Shown here piece by piece: positions 27,813 through 38,564 of a DNA stretch of 64,000 bases. The notes beneath the pieces were generated by a model, which was not told the DNA's origin, made no database searches, and worked only from the letters and a program-made list of their open reading frames with translations. The DNA lies in the NCBI GenBank assembly GCA_003452395.1, contig DMOI01000054.1:4003-68002 (forward strand), in the 5' to 3' direction. Source of the DNA: Clostridiales bacterium (GTDB lineage Bacteria; Bacillota; Clostridia; Lachnospirales; UBA12420). How positions within the stretch are numbered: the first letter of the stretch is position 1; each line of letters begins with the position of its first letter. The position numbers and the translations under genes were made by a program.

Positions 27813-28775
27813 TTACAAATATTCTCTTACATCTTCGATATCAACTCCATGATGTGCATATATATTTATAGAATCTGATATTATGTTTCTTAATCTTTTT
27901 ATTACCATATCTTCTTCTTTTGGTGTAACACACAGCTTTTGAAAGTCTGTTAATAAGAGTTCATTTATTATTTTGTGTTTCTCTTCTTCTGGTATACTAA
28001 GCTTACTTGAATCATTTAAAACTTTATTTACATTATCAACAACATCACTTACCAATGTCACAGCATTTACTACAGTCGGTACTCCTATTGCTATTACTGG
28101 CACACCTACTGTATCCTTGTTTATTTCTTTTCTTGCGTTACCTACTCCAGAGCCTGGGTGTATACCGGTATCTGTTATCTGTATAGTTGTATTTAGCCTT
28201 CCAACATTTCTGGCTGCTAGAGAATCAACTACTATTAATAAATCTGGGCTGGTCCTCTCCACTATACTTTTCACTAATTCACTTGTTTCCATCCCTGTAA
28301 TACCCATTACGCCAGGAACAAAGGCACTTACGCATCCAAATGTTTTACTAATTTCGTCTTTCATATACTCATACAAATGTCTTGTAACTATTGTTTTTGA
28401 TACAACCTTTGGACCTAGCGAATCAGCTGTTACATTCCAGTTTCCTAACCCTGCTACAAAAACTTTTTTATCTTTTTTCATATCAAAGAGTTGTTTCAGC
28501 TCACCAGAAATAATTTTTGATATCTTCCTATGCATATCCGATTCATTTTCCTTTATTAAGTCAGATTCGATAGTAATGTAATTACCTATGGGCTTACCCA
28601 TGCTTTTGCTACCAGCTTCATTAAATATATTTACTCTTGTAACCTTAATATTTTTACTTTCCTTTTCCTCTATGACAACTTTTACTCCCTCTATTTCTAC
28701 ATCTTTTTCACTACTTACCATTTCTTTAGTTTCAATAGCAAGGTCCGTTTGTATTCTATATTTATCCATATTCAT
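27813..28775 (-). CDS. gpr: Germination protease (spore endopeptidase GPR)
   Basis: Start set at MNMDKYRIQTDLAIE (ATG 28775 after AAAGGAGG). VFVAGLGNWNVTADSLGP and VVDSLAAR motifs. Confidence 0.9.
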   Translation of the reverse strand: MNMDKYRIQTDLAIETKEMVSSEKDVEIEGVKVVIEEKESKNIKVTRVNIFNEAGSKSMGKPIGNYITIESDLIKENESDMHRKISKIISGELKQLFDMKKDKKVFVAGLGNWNVTADSLGPKVVSKTIVTRHLYEYMKDEISKTFGCVSAFVPGVMGITGMETSELVKSIVERTSPDLLIVVDSLAARNVGRLNTTIQITDTGIHPGSGVGNARKEINKDTVGVPVIAIGVPTVVNAVTLVSDVVDNVNKVLNDSSKLSIPEEEKHKIINELLLTDFQKLCVTPKEEDMVIKRLRNIISDSINIYAHHGVDIEDVREYL

Positions 28776-28927
28776 AATTTGTACCTCCTTTTCATATCTC
28801 AATTCTATTTTTCTCATCTTTTTTCCATTTATGCATTGACATTTTGCAAAAAATATATTAAAATAGGGACATCGACTTTGTATCAAAGTGCAGTCATTTA
28901 AATAAATCTTTAAGGAGGTCATGAAAC

Positions 28928-29194
28928 GTGGCTAATATAAAATCAGCAAAAAAGAGAATCAAGATTATTGCAAGACAAACTTTAGAAAATAAAATAGTTA
29001 AATCTCAAGTTAAAGCATCTATCAAAAAAGTTACTGCTGCTACTATATCAAAAGATAAAGAAGCTGCAAACGAAGCTTTTACAAATGCTATGTCTACAAT
29101 TAGTAAGGCTCGTACAAAAGGCGTTTTACACAAAAAAACTGCTGCTAGAAAAATATCTCGTTTAGCAAAAAAAGTTAATAAAATAGAAGCATAA
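28928..29194 (+). CDS. rpsT: 30S ribosomal protein S20
   Basis: 88 aa. ANIKSAKKRIKI...; GTG start. Confidence 0.95.
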   Translation: MANIKSAKKRIKIIARQTLENKIVKSQVKASIKKVTAATISKDKEAANEAFTNAMSTISKARTKGVLHKKTAARKISRLAKKVNKIEA

Positions 29195-29226
29195 AAAAAT
29201 CGGTGCCAACCCACCGATTTTTTTTA
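29193..29226. terminator. Bidirectional intrinsic terminator shared by rpsT and the convergent 181-aa gene
   Basis: A7-ATCGGTG[ccaacc]CACCGAT-T8. Confidence 0.85.
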
Positions 29227-29769
29227 TGCTTCTATTTTTTCCATTTGGTCTTCTATTGTATATCCATCAATTTCATCTTTATTAAAAACCGACATACCAT
29301 CTTCTTCATATCTTATTATTGCATTGCCTGTATTATTGTTTTCCATCGAAAAAGCAATATTTTGTTTGGCTTTCATGCCGTCTACTATTTCTGATAAATT
29401 CCTTTGTTCATTTATCTCAATGCCCTCTACACATTTATTAATTATACTAAACACATTATAATTTTGAACATTTATCCGTCCTAATCCCTCTGCATTTTTC
29501 GCTTTATGAATTGCACTTGTTATATAATTAAGACATATTTCTGCTTCTTTTTTTATATAATCTTCGGGATTCTTTTTTTTAGGAAAGCTAACTACACCTT
29601 TTTCTTTTTTAAAACAACTCACCAGTCTTATTAAGTATTCTTCATTATTAATAAATAAATGTTTAATATCTTTAATTCTCTTTAGTTCTATTATTTGTAA
29701 TTCTTCTGTTCCAAGATTTAATATGTCTTCAACATTCATATAAAGATTATATGTCACAGACTTCCACAT
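29224..29769 (-). CDS. Hypothetical protein
   Basis: 181 aa. RBS GAGGTGG. Last gene of the long minus-strand operon. No family recognised. Confidence 0.45.
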   Translation of the reverse strand: MWKSVTYNLYMNVEDILNLGTEELQIIELKRIKDIKHLFINNEEYLIRLVSCFKKEKGVVSFPKKKNPEDYIKKEAEICLNYITSAIHKAKNAEGLGRINVQNYNVFSIINKCVEGIEINEQRNLSEIVDGMKAKQNIAFSMENNNTGNAIIRYEEDGMSVFNKDEIDGYTIEDQMEKIEA

Positions 29770-29791
29770 ACTACCACCTCACAGATTTTTT

Positions 29792-31036
29792 TTAATTATA
29801 CAGCATATGTAAAATTTTGTCAAGTGTTGTTTCGTTTTCTTCTCCTGTATGCATGTTTTTCAGTTTACAAATACCCGTTTTTAGTTCATTATCACCTATT
29901 ATAACAACGTTCTTAGCACCTATTTTATCTGCATATTTCATCTGTGCCTTAACACTTCTATTCATATGTTCAACTTCAACTTTTATGTTGTAATCCCTAA
30001 AACTACTCGCCAGTTTTTGTACTTCTTCGCAAGCTTTGTCACCTATGTATCCAATAAAAATATCAATATCGTTTTTTATTATCGGTAATATATTTTCTTC
30101 CGTTAACGCTAGTAATAATCGTTCTACACCCACACCAAATCCAACAGCAGGTATGCTCTTACCGCCTATTTCTTCCACCAAATTATCATATCTTCCTCCA
30201 CCACAAATAGTACTACCTCGTCTATCGATAAACTCAAATACCGTTTTTGTATAATAATCTTGACCTCTAACTATATCTTTATCTATTTCATACGCAATAT
30301 TTTGTACTTCTAATAATCGTTTCAGCTTCTCAAAGTGATTTTTGCACTCATCATCCAAATAATCAAGTACCCTAGGAGCATTTTTTGCAATATCTTTGCA
30401 TTGTATATTTTTGCAATCAATTACTCTCATAGGATTTTTATACATTCTCTCGCGACAAGTATCACATAAATCTTCTTTGTTTTCTTCTAAATATTTTATA
30501 AACCTTTCATTGTATTCTCGTCTACAGCTTTTGCATCCTATACTATTTATATGTAACTTTACATCAGGCAGTTTTAGTTTGCAAAACAATTTTATAAGTA
30601 AGGTTATAACCTCCACATCTGCGGTAGGCTCACTAGAACCAAAATATTCAACTCCAAACTGATGATGCTGTCTTAACCTACCTGATTGAGGCTTCTCGTA
30701 TCTAAACATAGGCATTATATAAAATAATTTAGTCGGTTGAACATTTGCGTACATATTATTCTGCATAAAAGCCCTAACAGCTCCAGCAGTTCCTTCTGGC
30801 TTTAATGTTATACTCCTATCACCTTTATCCATAAACGTATACATTTCCTTCTGAACTATATCGGTAGTGTCTCCCACCCCTCTCTCAAACAACTCCGTAT
30901 ATTCAAAAACAGGTGTATCTAATTCCTTTATATTAAATAACCTACACAATTCCCTCTCAATATTCTCTATATACCTTCTAACCTCTATCTCATCACCAAA
31001 CCAATCCTTGGTACCTCGTGGTAACTGTATCTCCAT
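29792..31036 (-). CDS. hisS: Histidine--tRNA ligase
   Basis: 414 aa. PRGTKDW..., class II motifs FRYEKPQSGRLRQHHQFG and GGGRYD. Confidence 0.95.
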   Translation of the reverse strand: MEIQLPRGTKDWFGDEIEVRRYIENIERELCRLFNIKELDTPVFEYTELFERGVGDTTDIVQKEMYTFMDKGDRSITLKPEGTAGAVRAFMQNNMYANVQPTKLFYIMPMFRYEKPQSGRLRQHHQFGVEYFGSSEPTADVEVITLLIKLFCKLKLPDVKLHINSIGCKSCRREYNERFIKYLEENKEDLCDTCRERMYKNPMRVIDCKNIQCKDIAKNAPRVLDYLDDECKNHFEKLKRLLEVQNIAYEIDKDIVRGQDYYTKTVFEFIDRRGSTICGGGRYDNLVEEIGGKSIPAVGFGVGVERLLLALTEENILPIIKNDIDIFIGYIGDKACEEVQKLASSFRDYNIKVEVEHMNRSVKAQMKYADKIGAKNVVIIGDNELKTGICKLKNMHTGEENETTLDKILHMLYN

Positions 31037-31087
31037 ATTTTTCTCCTCCTTTAATTTATGAATAGGACATTAAGAACCGTCACTTAT

Positions 31088-32485
31088 CTAAAACTCCGCA
31101 TGCCCTACCGTTCTCGGAAACGGTATCACATCACGTATATTCCCCATCCCTGTTACATACATTACCATCCGTTCAAATCCTAATCCAAAACCTGCATGTC
31201 TTGCTGTACCAAACCTTCTAATATCTAAATACCACTCATATTCTTCCATATTAAGGTTCATCTCATCTATTCGCTTCTCTAGCTTAGCTAAATCCTCTTC
31301 CCTTTGACTACCACCTATTATTTCCCCGATGCCTGGCACTAGTAAATCCATAGCTGCAACTGTTTTATTATCATCATTTAATTTCATGTAAAAAGCCTTT
31401 ATATCCTTTGGGTAATTTGTAACAAACAATGGCTTCTTAAAATGCTCTTCTGTCAAATATCTTTCATGCTCTGTTTGTAAATCACATCCCCAGTCTACTG
31501 GGTATTCAAATGTTTTTGTGGCATTTTTGAGTATTTCAACTGCCTCTGTATAAGTAACCATACCAAAATCAGAATCCACAATATAATTTAATCGTTCTAA
31601 CAGTCCTTCATCTATAAATTTGTTGAAAAACTCCATTTCTTCTGGTGCATTTTCTATTACATATCTTATTATATATTTCATCATACTTTCAGCTAAGATC
31701 ATATTATCTTTTAAATCAGCAAATGCTATTTCTGGCTCTATCATCCAAAACTCTGCTGCATGTCTAGCTGTATTTGAATTTTCCGATCTAAATGTCGGTC
31801 CAAAGGTATATACATTCTTAAACGACATACAAAATGTTTCTACTTCTAGCTGTCCACTAACTGTAAGGTTTGTAGGCTTTGTAAAAAAGTCCTCTTTAAA
31901 ATCAACTTTGCCTTGTTCATCCCTTGGTAGCTTGTCAAAATCTAAAGTAGTGACCTTAAACATTTCTCCTGCACCCTCAGCATCACTACCTGTAATTATA
32001 GGAGTGTGAACATATACAAATCCTCTTTCTTGAAAAAATTTGTGTATAGCAAAAGCCACTAATGATCTCACTCTAAATACAGCTGAAAATGCATTAGTCC
32101 TTGGTCTTAAGTGAGCTATAGTCCTTAAATACTCAAAAGTATGCCTTTTCTTTTGTAATGGATAGCTCTCATCAGCCATACCCTCTATAATAATTTTCTC
32201 TGCCTTAACCTCTACTTTTTGTCCTGCACCTTGTGATTCTACTAATGTACCTTCAACAATTATAGCAGAACCTAATGTCAGCTTTGATACATCTTCAAAG
32301 TTACTTATCGTATCATCGAAGACTATCTGAATATTTTCAAAAAAAGTTCCATCATTCATTTCTATAAAACCAAAATTTTTAGAAAGTCTTTTAGTCCTTA
32401 TCCATCCTGCAATAGTAATTTTTTTATTTGTATACTCCTCTGTATTCCTAAATATTTTTTTAATCTCTAATTGATTCATAATCAT
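31088..32485 (-). CDS. asnS: Asparagine--tRNA ligase
   Basis: 465 aa. [24 protein letters not shown] and [12 protein letters not shown] are AsnRS-type class IIb motifs. Confidence 0.93.
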   Translation of the reverse strand: MIMNQLEIKKIFRNTEEYTNKKITIAGWIRTKRLSKNFGFIEMNDGTFFENIQIVFDDTISNFEDVSKLTLGSAIIVEGTLVESQGAGQKVEVKAEKIIIEGMADESYPLQKKRHTFEYLRTIAHLRPRTNAFSAVFRVRSLVAFAIHKFFQERGFVYVHTPIITGSDAEGAGEMFKVTTLDFDKLPRDEQGKVDFKEDFFTKPTNLTVSGQLEVETFCMSFKNVYTFGPTFRSENSNTARHAAEFWMIEPEIAFADLKDNMILAESMMKYIIRYVIENAPEEMEFFNKFIDEGLLERLNYIVDSDFGMVTYTEAVEILKNATKTFEYPVDWGCDLQTEHERYLTEEHFKKPLFVTNYPKDIKAFYMKLNDDNKTVAAMDLLVPGIGEIIGGSQREEDLAKLEKRIDEMNLNMEEYEWYLDIRRFGTARHAGFGLGFERMVMYVTGMGNIRDVIPFPRTVGHAEF

Positions 32486-33042
32486 ACCCCCTCATTAAAA
32501 TCCTTATTACTAGGGCTTACAATATTGTTTGTTATGATGCTTTTTGAAACGTAAACTCTAGCATCTAACCTCTCTGTACTTCCAAATCCGCCCTTTCTTT
32601 CTCCGGTTGCTTCGTCGTTGTCAGCCTTTAAAAACTTTTGAAACACCGCCTGTGCTATTCTTTCACCTTTTTTTATATTTATATCAACTGGAAAAAAATT
32701 ATAAAAAGGTATTAATATCTCTCCATCGTTACTTTCATTACCATAATAATCACATTCAAATACTCCTACGCCAACTGAAAGTACCAATCCCTTCTTTATA
32801 GGATTACCTGATCTATTATATATATATGCTACCTCATCTTCTTTAAAATATACCTTAACTCCAGTCTTTATAATAGTTGGCTTTACTTCCTTTCCACTAA
32901 GAACAAGCTTCCATAAAGAAGGTATCACAGCATCCTCTGCTGATTCTATATCATATCCAACGCTATGTGCAGTTTGCCTTTTAGGTACATTTATATTTTT
33001 ATCTTCATATCCTTTACAAACTTCAAAACCTCTCTGTCTCAT
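32482..33042 (-). CDS. dut: dUTP diphosphatase (trimeric dUTPase family) with ~30-aa C-terminal extension
   Basis: SVGYDIES (motif 1-like) and [10 protein letters not shown] (motif 5). Its stop overlaps the asnS start. Confidence 0.75.
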   Translation of the reverse strand: MRQRGFEVCKGYEDKNINVPKRQTAHSVGYDIESAEDAVIPSLWKLVLSGKEVKPTIIKTGVKVYFKEDEVAYIYNRSGNPIKKGLVLSVGVGVFECDYYGNESNDGEILIPFYNFFPVDINIKKGERIAQAVFQKFLKADNDEATGERKGGFGSTERLDARVYVSKSIITNNIVSPSNKDFNEGV

Positions 33043-33061
33043 GATGAATACCTCCCCTTAC

Positions 33062-33688
33062 CTATTTTAAAAAATAATTGTTATTCACTTCGCTTTCCAC
33101 CGTCGTATATCCTCCATGTCCTGGATATACAATAGTTTTTGATGGCAAGGTAATCAGTTTCTCTTTTATATTTTTCATTAACAATTCATGACTTCCATAT
33201 GAAAAACGATTTGTTATGCCTATTGTTTCTTTAAAAAGTGTGTCTCCTGTAAATACGATGTTTTCGCTTTCTATATAGTAGCATGCACTTCCTGGTGCGT
33301 GCCCTGGAACATGTAATACTTTAATTTCAATTTTGCCTAATTTTATTATATCATGTTCTTTTACTATTTTATCAGCTTTTATAGTAACATCATATCCAAA
33401 ATAAAAAGAACCATTTAACGTGCTACTATCTAAAAACGGTACTGCTTCCTCGTGGCAAATCACTTTTGCGCTGTACATATCTCTTATTTTGTTTGCATCC
33501 AATAAATGATCATAATGCCCGTGAGTTAGTAGAATATATGTAGGCTTTAAATTATATCTTTCAAAAATATGTACTATATCTTCATAATCGCCACCTGGAT
33601 CTATTATTGCGCATTCTTTTGTATCATCATCAGCAATTATATAACAATTTGTTTTTATTTCTCCAACCTTTATATCTATAAAAAACAT
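33062..33688 (-). CDS. MBL-fold metallo-hydrolase
   Basis: ILLTHGHYDHL (H-x-H-x-D-H). Start set at the ATG at 33688 after GAGGAG. Confidence 0.85.
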   Translation of the reverse strand: MFFIDIKVGEIKTNCYIIADDDTKECAIIDPGGDYEDIVHIFERYNLKPTYILLTHGHYDHLLDANKIRDMYSAKVICHEEAVPFLDSSTLNGSFYFGYDVTIKADKIVKEHDIIKLGKIEIKVLHVPGHAPGSACYYIESENIVFTGDTLFKETIGITNRFSYGSHELLMKNIKEKLITLPSKTIVYPGHGGYTTVESEVNNNYFLK

Positions 33689-33692
33689 ATCC

Positions 33693-34634
33693 TCACTCCT
33701 CAATATCAAGAATTTCTCCAATTTCTATTTTATGTCCTCTCATATAGTCAACTACTTTCATAGCTCTTGAGTTTTGCATTTGTATTTTTGTAACCACTAT
33801 ACTCCCGTCCCCTGTTTTCACTATAAATCCTTTATCATTTATCTTTACTATTTCTCCATTTTTCTTTTTCTCATATATTTCATTCGATTTCTCCACTTCT
33901 AAAATTTTCATCATTTGTTCTTTATAATATGTATATGCACTTGGCCACGGTGTCAAACCTTTGATAAGGTTTATAATTTCATTTGATTTCTTATGCCAAT
34001 TCACAAATCCCATAGATTTATCAATCATTTTAGTATATATTGCATCAAGTTCATTTTGTTTGATTCTAGTTATGGTTTCTGCTTCAAGTTGCTTTAGAGT
34101 ATCAATCAGAAGATCAGCACCAAGAGTAGCAAGCTTATCGCTTAAACTGCCGGTAGTTTCGTTTTCATCTATATCAATTTGGGATGTTAGTAATATATCA
34201 CCAGTATCAACCCCTTCATCCATATACATTGTAGTAACACCCGTATATTTATCACCATTTAATATTGCATGGTGTATAGGCGTTGCTCCTCTATACTTTG
34301 GTAACAACGATGGGTGAACATTTATACATCCGTATTTAGGCATCTTAATTATTTCAGAAGGAAGGATTTTTCCATAAGCTGCTACTACTATAACATCTGG
34401 ATTAATTAATTTAAGTGTATTTATAAATTGAATATCTCTCAAATCTTTAGGTTGTAATATATTCAAATCTCTTTCTATTGCAATATATTTTACAGGTGTA
34501 AACTCTAGTTTATGCCCTCTTCCTTGCGGCTTGTCCTCTTTTGTAACTACTAGTTGGACATTATGCCCTGCTGTAACTATCTTTTCTAGTATAGATACTG
34601 CAAATACCGGCGTTCCCATAAATACTATTTTCAT
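33693..34634 (-). CDS. fmt: Methionyl-tRNA formyltransferase
   Basis: 313 aa. KIVFMGTPVFAV..., INVHPSLLPKYRGATPI. Confidence 0.95.
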   Translation of the reverse strand: MKIVFMGTPVFAVSILEKIVTAGHNVQLVVTKEDKPQGRGHKLEFTPVKYIAIERDLNILQPKDLRDIQFINTLKLINPDVIVVAAYGKILPSEIIKMPKYGCINVHPSLLPKYRGATPIHHAILNGDKYTGVTTMYMDEGVDTGDILLTSQIDIDENETTGSLSDKLATLGADLLIDTLKQLEAETITRIKQNELDAIYTKMIDKSMGFVNWHKKSNEIINLIKGLTPWPSAYTYYKEQMMKILEVEKSNEIYEKKKNGEIVKINDKGFIVKTGDGSIVVTKIQMQNSRAMKVVDYMRGHKIEIGEILDIEE

Positions 34635-34635
34635 A

Positions 34636-35094
34636 TTATTCCTCCATTCTTTCTAAATTTGTTGCTTTATCTATAAATAAAATTCCTTCTAAATGATCTA
34701 ATTCATGGCATATCGCTTGTGCCATAAAATCTGTGGCTTCTAACGAAAACTCATTTCCGTTTCTATCTAATGCCTTAATATTAATTACACAAGGTCTATT
34801 TACTTGTCCATAAACATAAGGAACACTTAAGCATCCCTCCTTGCAAGGTTTTTCATTATCCTGTTCAATTATTACTGGATTGATGAGTTCTACTACGCCC
34901 TCTCCAATATCTATAACTACCACTCTCTTAAGCACTCCTACTTGGGGTGCAGCAAGACCAACACCATCATATTTGTACATGGTAGTCGCCATATCATCTA
35001 AGAGTTGTAATAATTTTTTGTCAAATTTTGTTACTTCTTTTGAAATCTTTCTCAAAATTTCATCACCTTCTATTCTTACCTTACGCAAAGCCAT
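34636..35094 (-). CDS. def: Peptide deformylase
   Basis: 152 aa. GVGLAAPQVG, EGCLS and HELDHL motifs. Confidence 0.95.
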   Translation of the reverse strand: MALRKVRIEGDEILRKISKEVTKFDKKLLQLLDDMATTMYKYDGVGLAAPQVGVLKRVVVIDIGEGVVELINPVIIEQDNEKPCKEGCLSVPYVYGQVNRPCVINIKALDRNGNEFSLEATDFMAQAICHELDHLEGILFIDKATNLERMEE

Positions 35095-35110
35095 ATAATC
35101 ACACTCCTGT

Positions 35111-37336
35111 TTAATTCATATCAATTTGTATCTTTAAGTCTTTAACGTTTTCTTTCTCATTAAACTTGTTAATTGAATATTTAACAAAACTTTTCAACTT
35201 TTCTTCATCCGTTCCCTTGATTACTAGTCTCCATCTATAATTATCATTCATTTTTTTAATAAAGTTAGGTGCAGGACCAAGAATCTTATAGTTACCTTTT
35301 ATATTATAATATTCTAAGTATTTTTTCAACCCATTTATGTAAATAATAATTTTTTTTTCATTTTCACCTACTAACGTTATTATGCAAATATTTGAAAATG
35401 GTGGATTTTCTAGTTGTTCACGTAACATTATCTCATTTTCGTAAAATCTCTCATAGTCATAATTTTTTATACACTCGAGTACATAATTTTTTTCTTCGTA
35501 GGTTTGAATATAAACAATCGAATCTTTCCCACTCCTACCTGCTCTACCTGCTACTTGTGTAAAAAGCTGAAATGCTCTCTCATATGCCCTAAAATCTTGA
35601 ATGTTTAGACTCATGTCTGCCGCAAGTATTACTACCAGTGTCACATTTCTAAAATCATGCCCCTTCGCAATCATCTGTGTTCCTATCAATATATCTGCAT
35701 TGCCCTCATTAAAATCAGTTAATATATTATCGTGTGAGTTCTTTTTGGATGTAGTATCCGCATCCATCCTAAGTATTCTAGCATTTTTAAACAATCCTTG
35801 TATATCATCTTCTACTTTTTCTGTTCCGAGCCCAAAGAATTTTATATATTTCGAGTTACATTCAGGACACATGTTTACATTTCTTATAGACTTACCACAA
35901 TGATGACATGCTAGAGTATCTGTATCATAATGATATACATAGGGCACATCACAGTTATCACATTTCATTACATATCCGCACTTCCTACATGAAACAAATG
36001 TTGAGAATCCTCTTCTGTTTATAAAAACAAGTATCTGCTCGTTCTTATTTAGTTTATCTTGTATCTGTTTATGCACTTCGCGACTTATTATAGTAGTATT
36101 ACCATTTTTTAATTCTTCTTTCATATCAACTATATGTATAGTTGGATTTTTCGCTTCGTTTACCCTTTTATTTAGCTTTATCAGTTCGATTTCGCCTTTC
36201 TCGGCTCTATAATAAGTATCTATGCTCGGTGTTGCTGAACCATATAATAAAACTGCATTATTACTCTCACAGATAAACTTTGCAACTTCTTTTGCATCAT
36301 ATTTAGGCGTATTTTCGGATTTATATGTAGACTCATGCTCTTCATCTATAACTATTATACCCACGTCATCAAATGGTGCAAATATCGCTGAACGTGGTCC
36401 AACCATCACACTTACTTCCTTTTTCTTAATCTTATTTAACTGATTATACTTTTCTGTGTCAGATAGTTTACTATGCATTACTACTATATATTCTCCAAAA
36501 TGTTGCTTAAATCTTCGTACAATTTGAGGTGTAAGTGCTATTTCCGGTACAAGCACTATAGCCTGTCTACCTTGTTTTATTACTTCCTTGATGGCTTCTA
36601 TATATACTTCTGTTTTTCCACTACTCGTCACACCAAAAATAAGTATTTCTGAAAATTTCTTAGCATATATCTTTTCTTTTATTTTTTCCACTGCAACTAT
36701 CTGCTCGTTATTTAAAACAAAATCTTTCGATTTATCTTTTAATACTTTATATATGTCTAGCTTTTTATCTTGTCTTGAAACTTCGATTAATTCATTTTTT
36801 ATTAAAGTTTTTATTGGTGAATCAGTAACTTTCAAGTCATCTTTCAGATCCGATGCCTTAACTATGGAGTTTTCTCTCAAATAATTCAGAACCTGTATTT
36901 GAGCTTTATACTTTTCCTTGCTCTCATTTTTTGTTATAAAACTATCTATATCATCTTTAGAAACCTTTATATTCAAATATTTCTCAGTATTACTCTCTGC
37001 TGTTACATTTTTTACTCCACCTGGTATTATTATATTTATAGCATCTATCATATTACACATATATTTTTCTTTAATAAAATCAACAAGTTTTAAAGTTTTT
37101 AAATCAAATAAAGGAAAACCATCGATAACATCAATGATTTCCTTTATTTGATATTCTATATTAACATGCTGCAACTTCTCAATGATATAACCATCCTCTG
37201 GTTTGTTTTTTACACCAAAAGGAACTAAAACCCTCTTACCTATTTCCACTTTACATTCAAGCTGTGCTGGCACTTTGTAAGAAAAGGTTTTATTAAGTTT
37301 TGAATTTGAACGATCAATTAATATATTTACATACAT
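35111..37336 (-). CDS. priA: Primosomal protein N' (replication restart helicase)
   Basis: GVTSSGKTEVY Walker A, DEEH box, Cys-rich zinc region CRKCGY...CDNC...CHHCG...CPEC. ATG at 37336 after AGGTG. Confidence 0.93.
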   Translation of the reverse strand: MYVNILIDRSNSKLNKTFSYKVPAQLECKVEIGKRVLVPFGVKNKPEDGYIIEKLQHVNIEYQIKEIIDVIDGFPLFDLKTLKLVDFIKEKYMCNMIDAINIIIPGGVKNVTAESNTEKYLNIKVSKDDIDSFITKNESKEKYKAQIQVLNYLRENSIVKASDLKDDLKVTDSPIKTLIKNELIEVSRQDKKLDIYKVLKDKSKDFVLNNEQIVAVEKIKEKIYAKKFSEILIFGVTSSGKTEVYIEAIKEVIKQGRQAIVLVPEIALTPQIVRRFKQHFGEYIVVMHSKLSDTEKYNQLNKIKKKEVSVMVGPRSAIFAPFDDVGIIVIDEEHESTYKSENTPKYDAKEVAKFICESNNAVLLYGSATPSIDTYYRAEKGEIELIKLNKRVNEAKNPTIHIVDMKEELKNGNTTIISREVHKQIQDKLNKNEQILVFINRRGFSTFVSCRKCGYVMKCDNCDVPYVYHYDTDTLACHHCGKSIRNVNMCPECNSKYIKFFGLGTEKVEDDIQGLFKNARILRMDADTTSKKNSHDNILTDFNEGNADILIGTQMIAKGHDFRNVTLVVILAADMSLNIQDFRAYERAFQLFTQVAGRAGRSGKDSIVYIQTYEEKNYVLECIKNYDYERFYENEIMLREQLENPPFSNICIITLVGENEKKIIIYINGLKKYLEYYNIKGNYKILGPAPNFIKKMNDNYRWRLVIKGTDEEKLKSFVKYSINKFNEKENVKDLKIQIDMN

Positions 37337-37357
37337 ATAAAACACCTAAATTCTATT

Positions 37358-37582
37358 TTATTCTGTAGCTTCTCTTCTTACTACTATCTTTTGTGTGAAT
37401 ACATCTTTTATAGCTTTTGAAACAGGTTTTACTATTTTATCAGTACTTGTATCATTTTCTAATATTATTTCTCTAGCTCTCTTAGATACAGCTATAACAA
37501 CAGAGTATTTACTATTAAACTTTTCCTCGCCCGTTGCTTCATTCATTTTTTCTAAAATATCTTCATATGATGGTCGTAACAT
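37358..37582 (-). CDS. rpoZ: DNA-directed RNA polymerase subunit omega
   Basis: 74 aa. MLRPSYEDIL...KYSVVIAVSKRAREI. Position gmk-rpoZ. Confidence 0.85.
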   Translation of the reverse strand: MLRPSYEDILEKMNEATGEEKFNSKYSVVIAVSKRAREIILENDTSTDKIVKPVSKAIKDVFTQKIVVRREATE

Positions 37583-38204
37583 TTTTTAGTTCCTCCTTTA
37601 TATCATCTATCAATTTCTGATTTTTAGCAACCTTGCTTTTTGCTACATAAATTATTTTTTTTATATCTTCTACGGTGTCCTCTAATATGTCATTCACTAC
37701 CACATATTCATAATGCTTTATAAGCTCCGCTTCATCTATAGATTTCTTGAGTCTTTTAGATATATATTCATCATTTTCGCCACGCTTTTTTAGTCTGCTT
37801 ATAAGCTCATTCATGTTAGGTGGCAATATGAATATCAAAACAGCGTCTTTATACATTTCTTTTACTTTTATTGCTCCAACCTCTTCTAACTCCAAAATAA
37901 CATTTTCATTAGCTAAAAGTTTATCTTCTATATAACTTCTCGGGGTGCCATAATAATTTCCACAAAACTCGACCCACTCTAGGAGTTCATTTCCTCTTAT
38001 CATATTTTCAAACTCTTCTCTAGTTTTAAAAAAATAAGTAACTCCTTCTTCGTCATCAGGTCTTGGTACCCTTGATGTAGCAGAAACAGAAAGTATTGTA
38101 TGCTCATCTTTTATTAATTCCTTAATTATTGTCCCTTTGCCTGCACCACCAAATGCAGAAATAACAATTAAAACACCTTTCTTATCTTTAGTCAAAATTT
38201 TCAC
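37563..38204 (-). CDS. gmk: Guanylate kinase
   Basis: 213 aa. GAGKGTI P-loop variant, SATSRVPRPDDEEGVTYFF. Confidence 0.92.
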   Translation of the reverse strand: MKILTKDKKGVLIVISAFGGAGKGTIIKELIKDEHTILSVSATSRVPRPDDEEGVTYFFKTREEFENMIRGNELLEWVEFCGNYYGTPRSYIEDKLLANENVILELEEVGAIKVKEMYKDAVLIFILPPNMNELISRLKKRGENDEYISKRLKKSIDEAELIKHYEYVVVNDILEDTVEDIKKIIYVAKSKVAKNQKLIDDIKEELKNVTTII

Positions 38205-38211
38205 CCCCCAA

Positions 38212-38445
38212 TTACTCCAATCGACTTGCTATTGTATCAACTTGAACTGAAGAAAGTATAACGTGATCACTGTCGGTAACTATCACTGCTCTTGTTTTTC
38301 TGCCATATGTTGCATCTATTAATTTTCCGCTTTCTTTCGCATCCTGAATAATTCTCTTTATTGGAGCTGACTCCGGACTTACTATAGTAATTATCCTTTT
38401 CGTATGTACTACATTTCCAAATCCTATATTAATAACACTCATCAT
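38212..38445 (-). CDS. remA: DUF370/RemA-family regulator
   Basis: 77 aa. INIGFGNVV...[17 protein letters not shown]...[19 protein letters not shown]. Confidence 0.85.
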   Translation of the reverse strand: MMSVINIGFGNVVHTKRIITIVSPESAPIKRIIQDAKESGKLIDATYGRKTRAVIVTDSDHVILSSVQVDTIASRLE

Positions 38446-38472
38446 TCTGTAATCTCCTCTATTAACTTTCTA

Positions 38473-38501
38473 TTGCATTCCTAGCATTCATATTGTATAA
38501 T
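38473..38501 (+). promoter_or_regulatory. Sigma-A-type promoter for rqcH
   Basis: TTGCAT (38473-38478), 17 nt, TATAAT (38496-38501). The ORF-track ATG at 38493 lies inside it. Confidence 0.6.
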
Positions 38502-38564
38502 ATATTTATACTCATATATATTACCATTAATCTATTAAATTGTAAAGTGAAAGGCGTGATTTTT

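Noticed and set aside
38493-38564. ORF-track N-terminal extensions (rqcH 38493, gpr 28922, rpsU 47542, corA 45199, fabK-like 42453, TipAS 42970, MGMT 43693, MBL 33721, GNAT 26123, SDR 6842, rfbF 9667, GT 15271, gvpJ 22828, gvpS 24068).
   Set aside because: In each case an internal ATG, TTG or GTG is preceded by a good GGAGG-type RBS and gives the family-typical N-terminus. The longer version overlaps the upstream gene or a promoter.
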